Origin: a virus
Lineage: Duplodnaviria; Heunggongvirae; Uroviricota; Caudoviricetes
Strand: one strand, 5' to 3'
Virus record (IMG/VR): IMGVR_UViG_3300033062_002687
DNA length: 64,000 bases
Translations under genes and position numbers: made by a program
Notes under the pieces: model-generated
What the model was told of the DNA's origin: nothing
What the model saw: the letters and a program-made list of their open reading frames with translations, nothing else
Databases searched by the model: none
In this document: positions 10,748 through 21,975 of the stretch, in pieces
Numbering within the stretch: position 1 is the first letter of the stretch
Layout: the number at the start of each line of letters is the position of its first letter

Positions 10748-11079
10748 TTGAACCACATGTTTTGTGAATCGATTATGAACTTGCTTAGATCTTTTAGAGT
10801 ATATATTTTTCTTTTTGGATTCTTGCATTCGCACATTGGAAATGGACATCCTATAAACAATGTCGGATAGCCACAGCTCTGGCATAACGACAGCCGCCAT
10901 CCCTTCTTGAATTCGTTGTGCATCCTGAGCTCCTTCATCTTTTCTTTCTTCTTTGTTATGCAGCCACATCTGGCCATGTTGCAGAGTATTTCGTCGCTTT
11001 CCTTGTCAGATAAATCCTTCATTAAAAAAGTATTCTTTTGTATCCAAATATCTATTGGTTTATTAGTCATCGTTTCCAA
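10720..11079 (-). CDS. Cys-rich protein
   Basis: CNMARCGC...CQSCGY..CPFPMCECK. Confidence 0.4.
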   Translation of the reverse strand: METMTNKPIDIWIQKNTFLMKDLSDKESDEILCNMARCGCITKKKEKMKELRMHNEFKKGWRLSLCQSCGYPTLFIGCPFPMCECKNPKRKIYTLKDLSKFIIDSQNMWFKCQKKNKKK

Positions 11080-11171
11080 TTCCTCCGTTTTTCATACCAC
11101 TGCTTAAACTTCATGCACTGTTCACAAGCTTCTACAAAATAGCCGCCCTTTATATGGTCTTCATGGTTCAT

Positions 11172-11462
11172 TTAATCATACCTCTTTGGAAGATTCAATT
11201 CTTCGAACATATCCTTATGAGATTTTTCTTTCTTCTTGTTTTTGTTGCGCCAGTTATCTATAACCTTGTCAATCTCGAGAGCGATAACTGTAAGTGAAAA
11301 TACCATCATCATGACACCAATAATTATTTTGATGTTAGACCAGCTTGGCTGGAGAGATTTGAGAAAGATCTTTGCAAAGAAGTTATAACCAATAAGCATA
11401 ATTATCAGAGCTGCAATTATCTTGATATGAGACTTCTGCTTGTCTAATGATGTTCCAAACAT
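11172..11462 (-). CDS. membrane protein
   Basis: Two TM segments. Confidence 0.4.
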   Translation of the reverse strand: MFGTSLDKQKSHIKIIAALIIMLIGYNFFAKIFLKSLQPSWSNIKIIIGVMMMVFSLTVIALEIDKVIDNWRNKNKKKEKSHKDMFEELNLPKRYD

Positions 11463-12636
11463 ATTAGCCCCTCTCCGCTGTATGCATTACTTTCAACCAA
11501 AGCTTATGCCTTCTCTCAATGCTATCCCTGAACATCTTCCTTATCTTTCTATCCCTGACTTTTAAAAAATCTGATTCGTTTCTTGTCCCATCTGCAACTA
11601 CAGTCGCTAAGTCAAACATTTCTTTTCTGTTCAGGGTTATGATCACTTTTTCCTTAAGCCATTTTCTTGTGGTTGGAGTTTTCATGATTATCACTCAACA
11701 TCAATTTCCTCGACACCATCAAAGATGCCATCAGTTTCTCGTATGTGAAATTCGTTAAGCTTTGTTCTATGCGCAAAAGCTAAAGCATCCTTTTTCTTCC
11801 TGTATGCTTTCTTCCACATGAACCTCTTACCAGATATATTTTCATTTTCCCATCCATATCTTTTTTAATTTCCTAATATTAATAGTTAATTTGTCGAACT
11901 GTCGCTTGAATTCATTTACGCATTTTATATGAATATAATTTCCATCAGCAGATTTATTACGCGAACTGCACATTGGCTCTTCACACCATGAACAGATAGG
12001 CTTTAGAATAGTTTCCTCACAATAAATTTGCTCGAGAATTTCCCAATTATGCCTATGCCAATCCCATTGGCTAATAGCCATAATGTCTGCCCACCTTCTG
12101 TCATGCCAATTCATTTTTATATTCTCCTAATAATCAAATTCTCCCCATCCCCATCCAAAAATTTCATGTTTGAAACCATACCAATAAATTAATGCGGTGA
12201 TAATTATCAAACTAATCTGTATTGATTCCGTAGTCATTTTTAGTCCCACTCCAATGGATGAATCTTCTTTCCTGTTACGTCCTTGTATGCCCGATGAATA
12301 TCACTTTCTGGAATATCTGTTTTTCCTTCCTTCGTCATTGTGACTGTGATTCCCTGAAGATACTTAGATTTCTCCATCTTCTTTGCGAGAACCTTTCCGT
12401 ATATCTTCTCTACTTCTTCCCATATCATGATAATCATCTCACAGCTGTTAGCATATGCTTTTTGAATCTTTGCTTATCTTCTTCTGTTGGAAAGTTGCCA
12501 ATGAACTGATTTTCCTCAATCTCCTTAAATAACTCAAGATCAAAGTCAGTCGCTTCGAGACTTCCCAAGCTTTTTAGCATGGCGAATTGCACACCTGTTA
12601 TCCAATATCTTTCTCCCATCTTTTCACCTCAATATA

Positions 12637-12987
12637 TTAATCATCCTCTACTATGGGCAATATAAAGTTGCCGATCTTCATGTCGACGCAGCGATGAGCG
12701 CGCGTCACTGGCTTGTACTTCTTCTTGCTATGGAGCGATTTATATAGCTTTTCGAAATCTTTCGCCTCAAGCCTCATGACAGCTTCCATCAATACTGTCT
12801 CCCTGTCCAATGATTCCTCAAGGATCTTAGCCATCTCCTTTGCCTTAGCTATTCTCTTCTGAACATCCTTCACTTCAATAAATATAAGCTTATCATTCTT
12901 TTGCTGTCCTTCATAGTACTTGCCATCAATCTTCATATATCCATATTCCTTATCAAATTTTAATTTTTCAATATTCATTCCAACCAC
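12637..12987 (-). CDS. hypothetical coiled-coil protein
   Basis: Charged helical repeats. Confidence 0.35.
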   Translation of the reverse strand: MVGMNIEKLKFDKEYGYMKIDGKYYEGQQKNDKLIFIEVKDVQKRIAKAKEMAKILEESLDRETVLMEAVMRLEAKDFEKLYKSLHSKKKYKPVTRAHRCVDMKIGNFILPIVEDD

Positions 12988-13367
12988 CCTTTCAATACCT
13001 GTTTAAAATTCTTGACCTTCCATTGCCTTGCAGACCGTATCTTTATCCATGATACTTTATTGCAGATCTCACATTTGACCTGCACCTCACTAGCTTTACT
13101 ATTTTTACCTAAAACAGCTCCGAGTGCAATAAGATTTCTTTCGCACATATGAGTTCCGAGCTTGCCTGCAAATTTCTTAACACATGACAGCGAACAGAAA
13201 CAATATCTTTGCTGCTCATCCTGATTACTTCCACATTCCTTGCATGATGGCTTTGTATCTGTAACTATAAGTTCATAAGGAGTTCTTTTTTCCTTTGAAC
13301 ACTGATGACAGACAATAGGCCTTACCACAACATAATTGATGCTACTCATTCCAACCACCCTTTGCAA
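12975..13367 (-). CDS. multi-zinc-finger protein
   Basis: CHQC..C.EC, CFCSLSC, C.IC - several CxxC pairs. Confidence 0.4.
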   Translation of the reverse strand: MQRVVGMSSINYVVVRPIVCHQCSKEKRTPYELIVTDTKPSCKECGSNQDEQQRYCFCSLSCVKKFAGKLGTHMCERNLIALGAVLGKNSKASEVQVKCEICNKVSWIKIRSARQWKVKNFKQVLKGWLE

Positions 13368-13573
13368 TGTTTCTTTTGATCATGACAGATAACGCACTGA
13401 TCAGGCGTTCCTGTCTGATCTACGTGATAAGCTGAGTTGTGCCCGCAGTTCTTACATTTTGCCATGCCTTTCTCCGCCTTTTTTATAAGGCCCAAATATC
13501 CTTTTGGTTTCTTCAATATATTTTTGCCTCTTTCTTTCAACGAGCCACATCGTAATTCCGAATCCTGCAGCAA
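13346..13573 (-). CDS. Cys-rich small protein
   Basis: CKNCGH...CVICHDQKKHC. Confidence 0.35.
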   Translation of the reverse strand: MLQDSELRCGSLKERGKNILKKPKGYLGLIKKAEKGMAKCKNCGHNSAYHVDQTGTPDQCVICHDQKKHCKGWLE

Positions 13574-14067
13574 AACAAAGGATAAGTATTAGCACAGTCT
13601 GAAACAACATCATGTTCCCGCATTCAACTAATGCATTCTTGTAATCCTCGACTGTAAGATTCTGAGCTGCTGTATTGCAGGTGCTACAAGCATGAGGCAC
13701 CATCAATGGCAAATAAAAAAACATATATGAGATTCCTATTTTTATCACCTATCAAAATATATATTTTTGACTTTCATTCCTGTTTGCTCAATAAGCTTTC
13801 GTAATTCATATTCAAAAAATAACTCTTCATCTTTTTGAATTGGCATATTTATACAATCCACATCAATCCTTATTTCTGCAGTCATATCGTAATCCATCAT
13901 CTCACCTGTCAAGCGCAGTGATTGCCTGCAACCATGTTAGTTGATGTTTCTTTTTATACTGAACAACGGTTATTATGTACCAAGCCATGTATGTCATAGC
14001 TGCACCTAAGAACCATCCACCTGCAAATATTAATCGTTCCTTATCTGTCATGATATCAACCTCCACT

Positions 14068-14355
14068 TCAAGGTCTTTTAACGTATTCATAATAGTTTAT
14101 TGTCGGTTCTCTGATAGTGGCACCTTCAGTAAAAAAACATAGCTTTTCTACATCTATTGGCTTATTATCAATCTCTAAATTTACGGGCTGAAAACAGTAA
14201 AGATGCCTTTCTTCATATTGCCATATATTCATGCCACCTGCTGCTTTCATCAATTTTAATGGTTCTTGTTGTTTTTTTTCTTCATTACAAGAGCAGCAAC
14301 CGCTGATTAGTACAATGCTAAACAACATTCCAATAATAAATAATTTCTTTTTCAT
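14068..14355 (-). CDS. putative lipoprotein
   Basis: MKKKLFIIGMLFSIVLISGCCSC: signal peptide with lipobox-like LISGC. Confidence 0.45.
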   Translation of the reverse strand: MKKKLFIIGMLFSIVLISGCCSCNEEKKQQEPLKLMKAAGGMNIWQYEERHLYCFQPVNLEIDNKPIDVEKLCFFTEGATIREPTINYYEYVKRP

Positions 14356-15286
14356 CTCAACCTCCTATGCCTGTGAGACCATTCCGCCAGTTTCTTTATA
14401 TCCTTGCTGAATATCCTGTTTATTTCATCTTGTTTCTTGAATGTTTTGTAGATTATCTCCTGCATCTCCCGCAATAGTTTCAATTTATTCAGAATATCTG
14501 TGTGGTCGTTGACCATTCCGATTATTTCATTAATCTTATCTTCTGTTAAATTACCCCTAATTTTTATCTTGTTTATTTTATTATCCATTTTTATTCACCA
14601 TCACCCTGCCACCATATATGAGCCAACAGCGATGCAAACAACTGTTATGATGAAACAGCCAATAATCAGGATTGTTTCTGTTTTTGAGTATTTCACTTTA
14701 CTGCCTCATATTTGTCAGAGCAGTGCTTTTTCCCGCACTTTTTCTTTATTAGTATCGCCTCGTTCTGATGCTTAACTGTATTTTCCTCCATTTGTTTCTT
14801 GGCAATAAACAGCCATGCATCCTTGTTGAATATCATCTCTTCACCTTCTCAATTACTTTCTTGAATGTATGAATTTTTCCACATCCACAGCGAAATCTCA
14901 ATATTCTTATTCCATGATAATACCAATCATCAGGCATCATGTTACCTTTGCTATTCATTATTGTCATATTCCCACCTTCTCCACGTCATACCAGCGTCTT
15001 TTATCTCCGCACATCTTTCGCACCGACTTCCTCAATCTCCGAATATAATCATAGCCATGTCATAAGATTTTTTAAATATTTCCCTGTTCCTCCTTGATTC
15101 TTCCTCAGTTTCCTTTAGGAATTTCATAAGGTTCATTTCTCCTCGACCTCCTTAGGATAACCTGCCTTCTTATTAATCTCACAATCATTTGGATTTCCAA
15201 AACAAGCAGGTAGTTTAGTGTAATTACTCATATATGGACAGTTGTTTTTTAAACAAATCCGTTCATCAAATCGTTTGATTAACATC

Positions 15287-15421
15287 TCATCTCACCTTCC
15301 TCCTGTCGAACCTACAGATATGAACTATGGAATCCCCTTCTTTGATAAATGATTTTACTAAAAACTCCTCTCCGCAATCATTACATCTAAGCAATGTTCC
15401 AACGACTGATAAACTGTTCAT
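15287..15421 (-). CDS. zinc-ribbon micro-protein, paralogue A1 (44 aa)
   Basis: Manual translation: MNSLSVVGTLLRCNDCGEEFLVKSFIKEGDSIVHICRFDRRKVR. Preceded by GGAAGGTGAGATG leader; about 95% nt identity over about 75 nt to copy at 17259-17332. Confidence 0.45.
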   Translation of the reverse strand: MNSLSVVGTLLRCNDCGEEFLVKSFIKEGDSIVHICRFDRRKVR

Positions 15422-15981
15422 CCTTTCACCTTCGTCTTGCTTTTATTACAAACACAATCGCCATACAATCGTAAGCATTTATCACATCTTACTTTTTCCA
15501 TCATCTCACCTTCCTCAATCTATATCCATACGCTCAAGCAAATGAATATATAAAGCTGAATTATTTTTAAGGAATTCCTCCTGAAGTATTTTTTTAATTT
15601 CTTTTTCTGTTTTCATCCCTTCACCGCCTCCATAAGTAAGCTCCTACAATACTTAAAAGAGTTAAAAATATAATTACAAATATTCCTAAGATTTGAAATA
15701 ATTGACTTTTCTTTTTCATTTCTCCTCGACCTCCTTGACCTCCGCATGGTTAATGAATATCTTGCGAGGAATTGGATAGTGGTTCGAGCCATAATCCATA
15801 CGGTTTAACCCGCCATTGAAAACGTCCTTTCGCATATTCACTTCACCGCCTCCTCCTTAAATTAATCCTTCAATACAATCTCTACGAGGTTTTTGACGCT
15901 TCTTTTCTTGTTTCAAGTCATCAATTAATCCTTCAATGTATCCCTTTATTATGTTCAGGTTTCGGATTATTTCAGAGTGTT

Positions 15982-16122
15982 TCATCCCTTCACCACCTCC
16001 TTCAATATTCTTTTTAGCCATCTCAAGTCCTTTTCATCGAGCAGGAGATGGTATAAGCCATACTTATCTTTATCAAAGATAAGCCTTAATGTTCCCCTGA
16101 TTTTAATTGTATTTAATGACAT
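15982..16122 (-). CDS. micro-protein paralogue B1 (46 aa)
   Basis: Manual translation: MSLNTIKIRGTLRLIFDKDKYGLYHLLLDEKDLRWLKRILKEVVKG. Near-identical copy at 16909-17052. Confidence 0.45.
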   Translation of the reverse strand: MSLNTIKIRGTLRLIFDKDKYGLYHLLLDEKDLRWLKRILKEVVKG

Positions 16123-16289
16123 CCCCCTGCCTCCTCAATCTTCTTAAAAGATTTCCAATGCCAATGACATTCTTTTTCCTGATATTCTTTATGTTTGTCA
16201 CAATAAAAAAACTTGTCATTCAGAGTTTTATGATATGCTATCCATGTTGCTGGCTTTTTACATTGCATAGCACATAAATGTTTCATCAT
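16113..16289 (-). CDS. Cys/His-rich micro-protein (58 aa)
   Basis: Manual translation: MMKHLCAMQCKKPATWIAYHKTLNDKFFYCDKHKEYQEKECHWHWKSF... AGGAAGGTGAGATGATG leader; ATGA overlap with the next gene. Confidence 0.4.
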   Translation of the reverse strand: MMKHLCAMQCKKPATWIAYHKTLNDKFFYCDKHKEYQEKECHWHWKSFKKIEEAGGCH

Positions 16290-16603
16290 CTCACCTTCCT
16301 GTCGGTTAATAATTCACTAAATACTTCTTTTTGCTTCTCCTCTGAAACCAAGTTCATGCAATCTAATATATTAGGTGATTGCAATTCAATAATATTTATA
16401 AGTTTCACTAATTTACATTTTGGAAAAGCATTTTTGATTTGATAAGCATGAATTCTGCAATAATGTTCACTTTGAATATTGCCATTTTTACTCTTAAAGC
16501 CATATTTTGCAGGGTTAATGCAGGAAGCGAAATAGCAACTATTATACGATTTTTTCATCCCTTCTCGACCTCCTCGTTTTCTAATCTTCTTTTTCGTGAA
16601 CAT
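16286..16603 (-). CDS. Cys-rich small protein (105 aa)
   Basis: CYFASC...HYCRIH. Confidence 0.4.
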   Translation of the reverse strand: MFTKKKIRKRGGREGMKKSYNSCYFASCINPAKYGFKSKNGNIQSEHYCRIHAYQIKNAFPKCKLVKLINIIELQSPNILDCMNLVSEEKQKEVFSELLTDRKVR

Positions 16604-16908
16604 TCAGAACACATCCAAATATCTTCATCTGATAATGTTTTTTCACCACAACTTAAACATATTCCCATTCATCTCACCTTCCTGTCGGTCTTGCCTATGG
16701 AATCCAATTTTGCCCAAGCATAACCAGCACTTATTCCCAATAAAAGCCATAATATTATTTCAATTTCATTCATCTCACCTTCCTCCTTAATCATAATATG
16801 TCATCAAACATTTTTCACTGCAAAACCATAAGTCTTTTCTATTTGGCATTGAATTAAAAATAACGTGTTCTGTTTTATTACCAAACTCTTTTTTACAATG
16901 ATAACATT

Positions 16909-17052
16909 TCATTGCTTCTCCTCAACTTCCTTCAATATTCTTTTTAGCCATCTCAAGTCCTTTTCATCAAGCAGAATATGATAAAGCCCGTGCTTGTCTT
17001 TATCAAAGATAATTATTAATGTCCCCCTGATTTTGATTGTATTTAATGACAT
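16909..17052 (-). CDS. micro-protein paralogue B2 (46 aa)
   Basis: Manual translation: MSLNTIKIRGTLIIIFDKDKHGLYHILLDEKDLRWLKRILKEVEEKQ. Confidence 0.45.
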   Translation of the reverse strand: MSLNTIKIRGTLIIIFDKDKHGLYHILLDEKDLRWLKRILKEVEEKQ

Positions 17053-17188
17053 CCCTTCTCAACCTCCTTCTCTAAAAAATCCAAAGTCCAAGATGTAGGA
17101 ATAATATTCCTACAACTCCTACGTTGCTGTATGAACTTCTTTATATCAGAAACTTTTACATATTCAATTCCTTTAATTATTGTTTTTT

Positions 17189-17329
17189 TCATCCCTTCTT
17201 CACCTTCCTTTTGTCGGTCTTGCAGATATGAATAATTGAATCACCAGATTTAAGCAATGATTTTACTAAAAATTCCTCTCCGCAATCATTACATCTAAGC
17301 AATGTTCCAACGACTGATAAACTATTCAT
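17189..17329 (-). CDS. zinc-ribbon micro-protein, paralogue A2 (46 aa)
   Basis: Manual translation: MNSLSVVGTLLRCNDCGEEFLVKSLLKSGDSIIHICKTDKRKVKKG. Confidence 0.45.
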   Translation of the reverse strand: MNSLSVVGTLLRCNDCGEEFLVKSLLKSGDSIIHICKTDKRKVKKG

Positions 17330-17532
17330 CCTTTCGCACCGACCTTTGGTTCATTAGCAATCATTATTATTCCTACACACAAGCAAACCATTCCAATTAG
17401 GCATTCAAATGCTAATGTAAGAATATTTTTAAAAATCCATGAAATGAATCCTAATATAAAAAAAAGAACCGCAAACACTATTAAAGTGATTGCAGCCTTT
17501 TTTTTACTGCTGAGCTTGCGCTGATCACTCAC
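17326..17532 (-). CDS. small membrane protein
   Basis: Two TM segments. Confidence 0.4.
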   Translation of the reverse strand: MSDQRKLSSKKKAAITLIVFAVLFFILGFISWIFKNILTLAFECLIGMVCLCVGIIMIANEPKVGAKG

Positions 17533-18863
17533 GCAAGATCCCCTCTGAATTCGACCTGCTTAAGATTCGAATTGTAAACAAACCTGCCTTTTCCATTGCA
17601 AACCCTGATGATTTCCTTCTGGTATAAAAAGATCTTGTTTATGATCTTTTCAAAATTCTTCCATGATACATCATTTGGCTTTAATGCTGTACTCAGTGCA
17701 AGATAATCCAATGCCTCCTTATGGGAAATCATTCGTTCTATAATAGGCTGCAGATCAATTGAACTAACATTGCCTGTGGTCATAACATCCCAGCTGAAAT
17801 CCCCTGATTCCCTTTCCTTCAGCCTTAGCTGATTGCAATCGAAGCACCTGACGTGACCATGGCCTAATGGCAATGGCTTTCCGCAGTCAACACATTTTGG
17901 ACTTGTGATAGGATGATCACGCTGCATATATTGGGGTTCGATTGGTTTCCTTGTTTCCTCTGGCTTAAGCGTTTCATGAAAGATTGGCTTTTCGATATCT
18001 GCCTTTGCTTCTACATCAGATATCTTTCCACGCTTTTTGAGATGCCACATATAGTTAGAGATGGTGTTTCTCTTGACTCCCAAAGCCCTGGCCAAATCAC
18101 CACGAGTCATCTTATCCATGTTTTCGTAAACAAACTTAATGTGCTCTTCCTGCTTACCTGGATATCTTTTCTTCTGAAGCTTGCCCTGCTTTTGCAAGAT
18201 GAAGATAGAATTCCTAACAGCGTATTCTGACAGACCAAATTTCTTCGCTATTGCTTTTGCATTCTTTGTTCTGTACATTAATTTGATCTCATCAATGTTT
18301 GACAAGAGAGTATTCATTGTCGCGCCATATCGCCTTCTTTTATCAAACTTCTTGATAACTTTAGGCCTTTCTGTATGATGATATGTCGGCTCTTTATTTC
18401 GTACATATCCATGCGCATCTGGATCAAGCTGTATCTTGTTCGAATAATATTTCTGCCTTCTGTTTCCAATCCAGGTTTTGATGAACCCGTCCTTTATTGG
18501 TTTCCTTAGAATTTTCCTGAATCTCGCAATATCAGGCCCTGAGTGATGCCCCAATATCCTATTCGTCAGTTCGGTTATTCCGATAGGATTCTTCGCAGAA
18601 TCAACGATGGCTACTGCAGCATTAATTATCTCATCGCTGCTTTTCTGGAATCTACTTTTTCTCCATCCATGAGCTTTCTGCTTTGAATGATCTAAAGCAA
18701 TTGATCGTTTAACTATTGCTTTCTCATCTTTTAATAAACCTTGAATCACTGCCCTTGTCTCCTCTCCATTTCCATTCTCTGCTTTTTGTAATTCCTCAAA
18801 CTCAATAAAATCCTTCATGTCAGTGAAGGATATCTTCTGACCCTTCCATTCAATTTCAATCAT
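17529..18863 (-). CDS. multi-HTH DNA-binding protein with C-terminal zinc ribbon (444 aa)
   Basis: At least two HTH-like segments (AIAKKFGLSEYAVRNSIFILQKQGKL; MTRGDLARALGVKRNTISNYMWHLKKRG) and CVDCGK...CFDC. Confidence 0.5.
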   Translation of the reverse strand: MIEIEWKGQKISFTDMKDFIEFEELQKAENGNGEETRAVIQGLLKDEKAIVKRSIALDHSKQKAHGWRKSRFQKSSDEIINAAVAIVDSAKNPIGITELTNRILGHHSGPDIARFRKILRKPIKDGFIKTWIGNRRQKYYSNKIQLDPDAHGYVRNKEPTYHHTERPKVIKKFDKRRRYGATMNTLLSNIDEIKLMYRTKNAKAIAKKFGLSEYAVRNSIFILQKQGKLQKKRYPGKQEEHIKFVYENMDKMTRGDLARALGVKRNTISNYMWHLKKRGKISDVEAKADIEKPIFHETLKPEETRKPIEPQYMQRDHPITSPKCVDCGKPLPLGHGHVRCFDCNQLRLKERESGDFSWDVMTTGNVSSIDLQPIIERMISHKEALDYLALSTALKPNDVSWKNFEKIINKIFLYQKEIIRVCNGKGRFVYNSNLKQVEFRGDLA

Positions 18864-19221
18864 ATTTTAGCACCTCGATGCCTTCTTCCTTCATTATCTT
18901 GCGGTATGCAATAAACGTATCTATGTACTTTGCTGAATGTACATGTATCAGCAGCAACAGGAAATAAACACCTGAAATAATAAAGATTAGTTTCTCATGT
19001 TCCCTTAACAGCCAAAACATAATGCCGATTAAGCAAAGTGTGTATATCGAGCCAATGATCGCTGCAATCACTGGCGTGAAAGTCCTGTAAAGGTATCTTA
19101 TTACAGGATTAAGCTCCATGTTGTAAAAGTCCTTCACATACTTCCTTAATCTCACAAGGCCGATATGAGTCATTCCCATATCAACAGCCACGACAAAAAA
19201 TAAAAATATAAAAGGGTTCAT
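18856..19221 (-). CDS. membrane protein
   Basis: Three TM segments. Confidence 0.45.
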   Translation of the reverse strand: MNPFIFLFFVVAVDMGMTHIGLVRLRKYVKDFYNMELNPVIRYLYRTFTPVIAAIIGSIYTLCLIGIMFWLLREHEKLIFIISGVYFLLLLIHVHSAKYIDTFIAYRKIMKEEGIEVLKYD

Positions 19222-19365
19222 TCGTCTTCCTCCTTAATACTCACGAATTTTCCATATCGTCTTTCGTACATCATGAGAGCTATTGCCTTGAGATAATATT
19301 TTGTCGCTAACTCAGGATAACTTGTTAGCTTATCAGCAAAACTTATCTCTTCACGAATTTCCTCT

Positions 19366-19809
19366 TTACTGCTTTTTGACTTCTGCATCATATATCTCGT
19401 ACCTTCCTAATTTTTTCATTTTAAATGCTTTTTCTGTCGACCTGGTTTTTATTTCGCCTTGCTTATTTAGAGGCCAGATAAAATCAATCTTCTCATCTGC
19501 AGCCTGGCGTTCTAACTTTCTCTTTTTCAAATCCGGAATTCCTTTGTACCCGATTATGAAAAAGATTGCATCTGAAACAATGACAAACAGCAATATCCTC
19601 GTGCCAACAAACATCCAAATCACAAGAGTCAGGATAAGAGCTATGACTATCATCCATTGCCAGATGCTCATTGACCACATTGTGTTGAATAGCTTCTTGC
19701 CTACTTTAAGTATGCCGTCAGTCATCTTGTCTACTGCATCACGATGACCAGCATTCTGCTGATCAACCAATGTAGCTTGTGTTTTTGGCATATTCCTCAC
19801 GCGTCTCAT
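19366..19809 (-). CDS. membrane protein
   Basis: Two TM segments centrally. Confidence 0.45.
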   Translation of the reverse strand: MRRVRNMPKTQATLVDQQNAGHRDAVDKMTDGILKVGKKLFNTMWSMSIWQWMIVIALILTLVIWMFVGTRILLFVIVSDAIFFIIGYKGIPDLKKRKLERQAADEKIDFIWPLNKQGEIKTRSTEKAFKMKKLGRYEIYDAEVKKQ

Positions 19810-20070
19810 GTACTTTTGCTATCGCCACACCAAATCTCTGGTATAGCTTTTTTGCATCCTTGATCATCTGTGCGTCGTCGGTTTCCATTGCACTTGGGAC
19901 TTTGTCCCTCAGCGACTCGATGACGCATTGCATATAACTTGGAAAGTCCCTGTACTTCTCCATGTATTGTTTTTTCTCCTCTTCAGTTATGAGCTTAGCT
20001 TCTATAGCATCTTTCATAACTTTTTCACTGTCACACTCTGGAATCTTAACGCATTCCAAGTCCTCAGCAT

Positions 20071-20475
20071 CTAATATGTTTGGCATTTTTCCTTCCTTTT
20101 GAAATTCCATTTTTTTAATAATAATTTGTCAACCATGAATCTTATCAGCAGATAAAATCCTATGATGATAAATTTCTTTGTTCCGACAGAAAATACTATA
20201 CATCCTAATACAACAAGGATATCAATTGCTTTCCATGCTGAAAAGTTAATCACCTTGTCCTTGCGCATTTCCCAAATGAAGCTCATTATAAAGAACAGGC
20301 TGACCACGAGCAGTCCGAGTTCGAAATACATCTCTCCGTAATGATTCAGATAAATTGTTATTGCTTTGGCTGGAGAGGTAAGCCCTCTAATAAACAGCGT
20401 CACAATTAGGAAGTACGATGCCAATAAGACATTGAATCCTAGTTTCCTATTAAGCTTTATTTTCACTTTGTTCAC
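20071..20475 (-). CDS. membrane protein
   Basis: Four TM segments. Confidence 0.45.
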   Translation of the reverse strand: MNKVKIKLNRKLGFNVLLASYFLIVTLFIRGLTSPAKAITIYLNHYGEMYFELGLLVVSLFFIMSFIWEMRKDKVINFSAWKAIDILVVLGCIVFSVGTKKFIIIGFYLLIRFMVDKLLLKKWNFKRKEKCQTY

Positions 20476-20917
20476 CCTTAGTTACTGACTGGGATATCTT
20501 TTCTTCTTTTATAGTTTTCGGTTCTATACTCTCTGGAGGATATACACCCCATGTATCGTCTCCGTTAAAGACGATGCATTTCTTGCCGATCTTTTTTGTA
20601 TAATTAATAGTATAGAACGTACCTCCCTTATCCATCTTGTTGAAGGCAATTAAAAATTCTGAATCATTCACCATTCTCCTGTCACGCTCCAAGTATCTCC
20701 AGGGATAAGCAAGATCGACATCAGGATAATAGATGATTATTTCTGTGCCAATTTCCCTGGCATATTTTTGAACATAAGTATCAACTCCTTCTGCACCACC
20801 TGAGACGATGATAAATTCCTTTGTGATTTTTAATTTGGTCAGCATAGTGCTTACATATTCATAGTTGAATCCTTTTCTGTTTCCGACTACCGCAACTTTT
20901 GTTTTATTCATTTCCAT
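20450..20917 (-). CDS. SLOG-type Rossmann-fold protein (DprA/LOG/YpsA-like)
   Basis: Start placed at internal MEMNKTKVAVVG. VAVVGNRKGF...IVSGGAEGVDTYVQKYAREIG resembles the SGgaxGxDxxA signature of SLOG-superfamily domains. Confidence 0.45.
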   Translation of the reverse strand: MEMNKTKVAVVGNRKGFNYEYVSTMLTKLKITKEFIIVSGGAEGVDTYVQKYAREIGTEIIIYYPDVDLAYPWRYLERDRRMVNDSEFLIAFNKMDKGGTFYTINYTKKIGKKCIVFNGDDTWGVYPPESIEPKTIKEEKISQSVTKGEQSENKA

Positions 20918-21130
20918 ATTACATCCTTTTAAATAAATATCCATATTTATCAAGATAAATGTTGAATGCACATTTGTAATTGTAATCACTGAGCAACTTG
21001 TTGCAGCACATGAGAAGCTGGGTCAAAACATATTCAGTATCCTTTCTTTCATTGTCCTGTATCTCGTACTGGAGATCTGTCATGTGCTTCAAGAACAGCA
21101 ACCAATTATCCTGTTTTAATATTGATGACT

Positions 21131-21451
21131 TCATTTGTCTTCTCCTCCTCTCTTTACCATCTTACACTCGACAGGAATATTACTTTGCCTTCCCCATTTG
21201 TCAGGAGGCCCATTATAACAAACTTCTGTAAAATAGATATTACCATCACATTCCACATCATTGAATCCAAAGCCTGTAGTTTTTTCAATAAAATCTGTCG
21301 CTTTTTTGTATCCTTGCTGTTGACAAAATTTATCAGCATTTTTCTGTTGATCATAATCTGACCACCACACTAATAAAAGAATCAGAACCACCAAAATTAT
21401 AATTACAATGACAGCAATCATCGTATTATCTTTATTTTTTATCATTATCAT
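21131..21451 (-). CDS. membrane protein with Cys-containing ectodomain
   Basis: TM (IAVIVIIILVVLILLLVWW). Confidence 0.4.
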   Translation of the reverse strand: MIMIKNKDNTMIAVIVIIILVVLILLLVWWSDYDQQKNADKFCQQQGYKKATDFIEKTTGFGFNDVECDGNIYFTEVCYNGPPDKWGRQSNIPVECKMVKRGGEDK

Positions 21452-21975
21452 TCACCATACATAATATTAAATCCTTGTTGTGTCCGCAAGTTGTTCTCCA
21501 CAAATAAGGACTAATTTGTTTTGTGATGCTGTCGTATGCATTGACCATTGGAGTCTTGCATGTCATGCACCTTGGGATTCTTGTCTCCTTGAAATGTGCC
21601 ATCTCTTCAGCAATATCATCCATGAGATCATTCATGTTGCTTATTTTTCGATTGACCATTTTATTCATCTTTCGCAGCTTTGAAGATTTTAGTGCATTCT
21701 GCTATGTTGATTTTCCGCCACATTGAATGCCTTCACAAAGCTTTATGATTTCAAATGCCTGCTCATAGGTATCTAAAATCATATCTGATATTGTCACATT
21801 CAATCCGTCTGGTGACTGAGGCTCCATAGTTATTTTCATTTTCGTTTCCTCCTTAACTTTTCCTGATATTTTTTAATTATCTTTTGTTTGCAACCTTTAC
21901 AGTATTTTGAATTCCTGCGTCTGTTGAATAGCTGAATACCACATACCTTGCAAAATATTGGTTTTCGTTTTGCCA

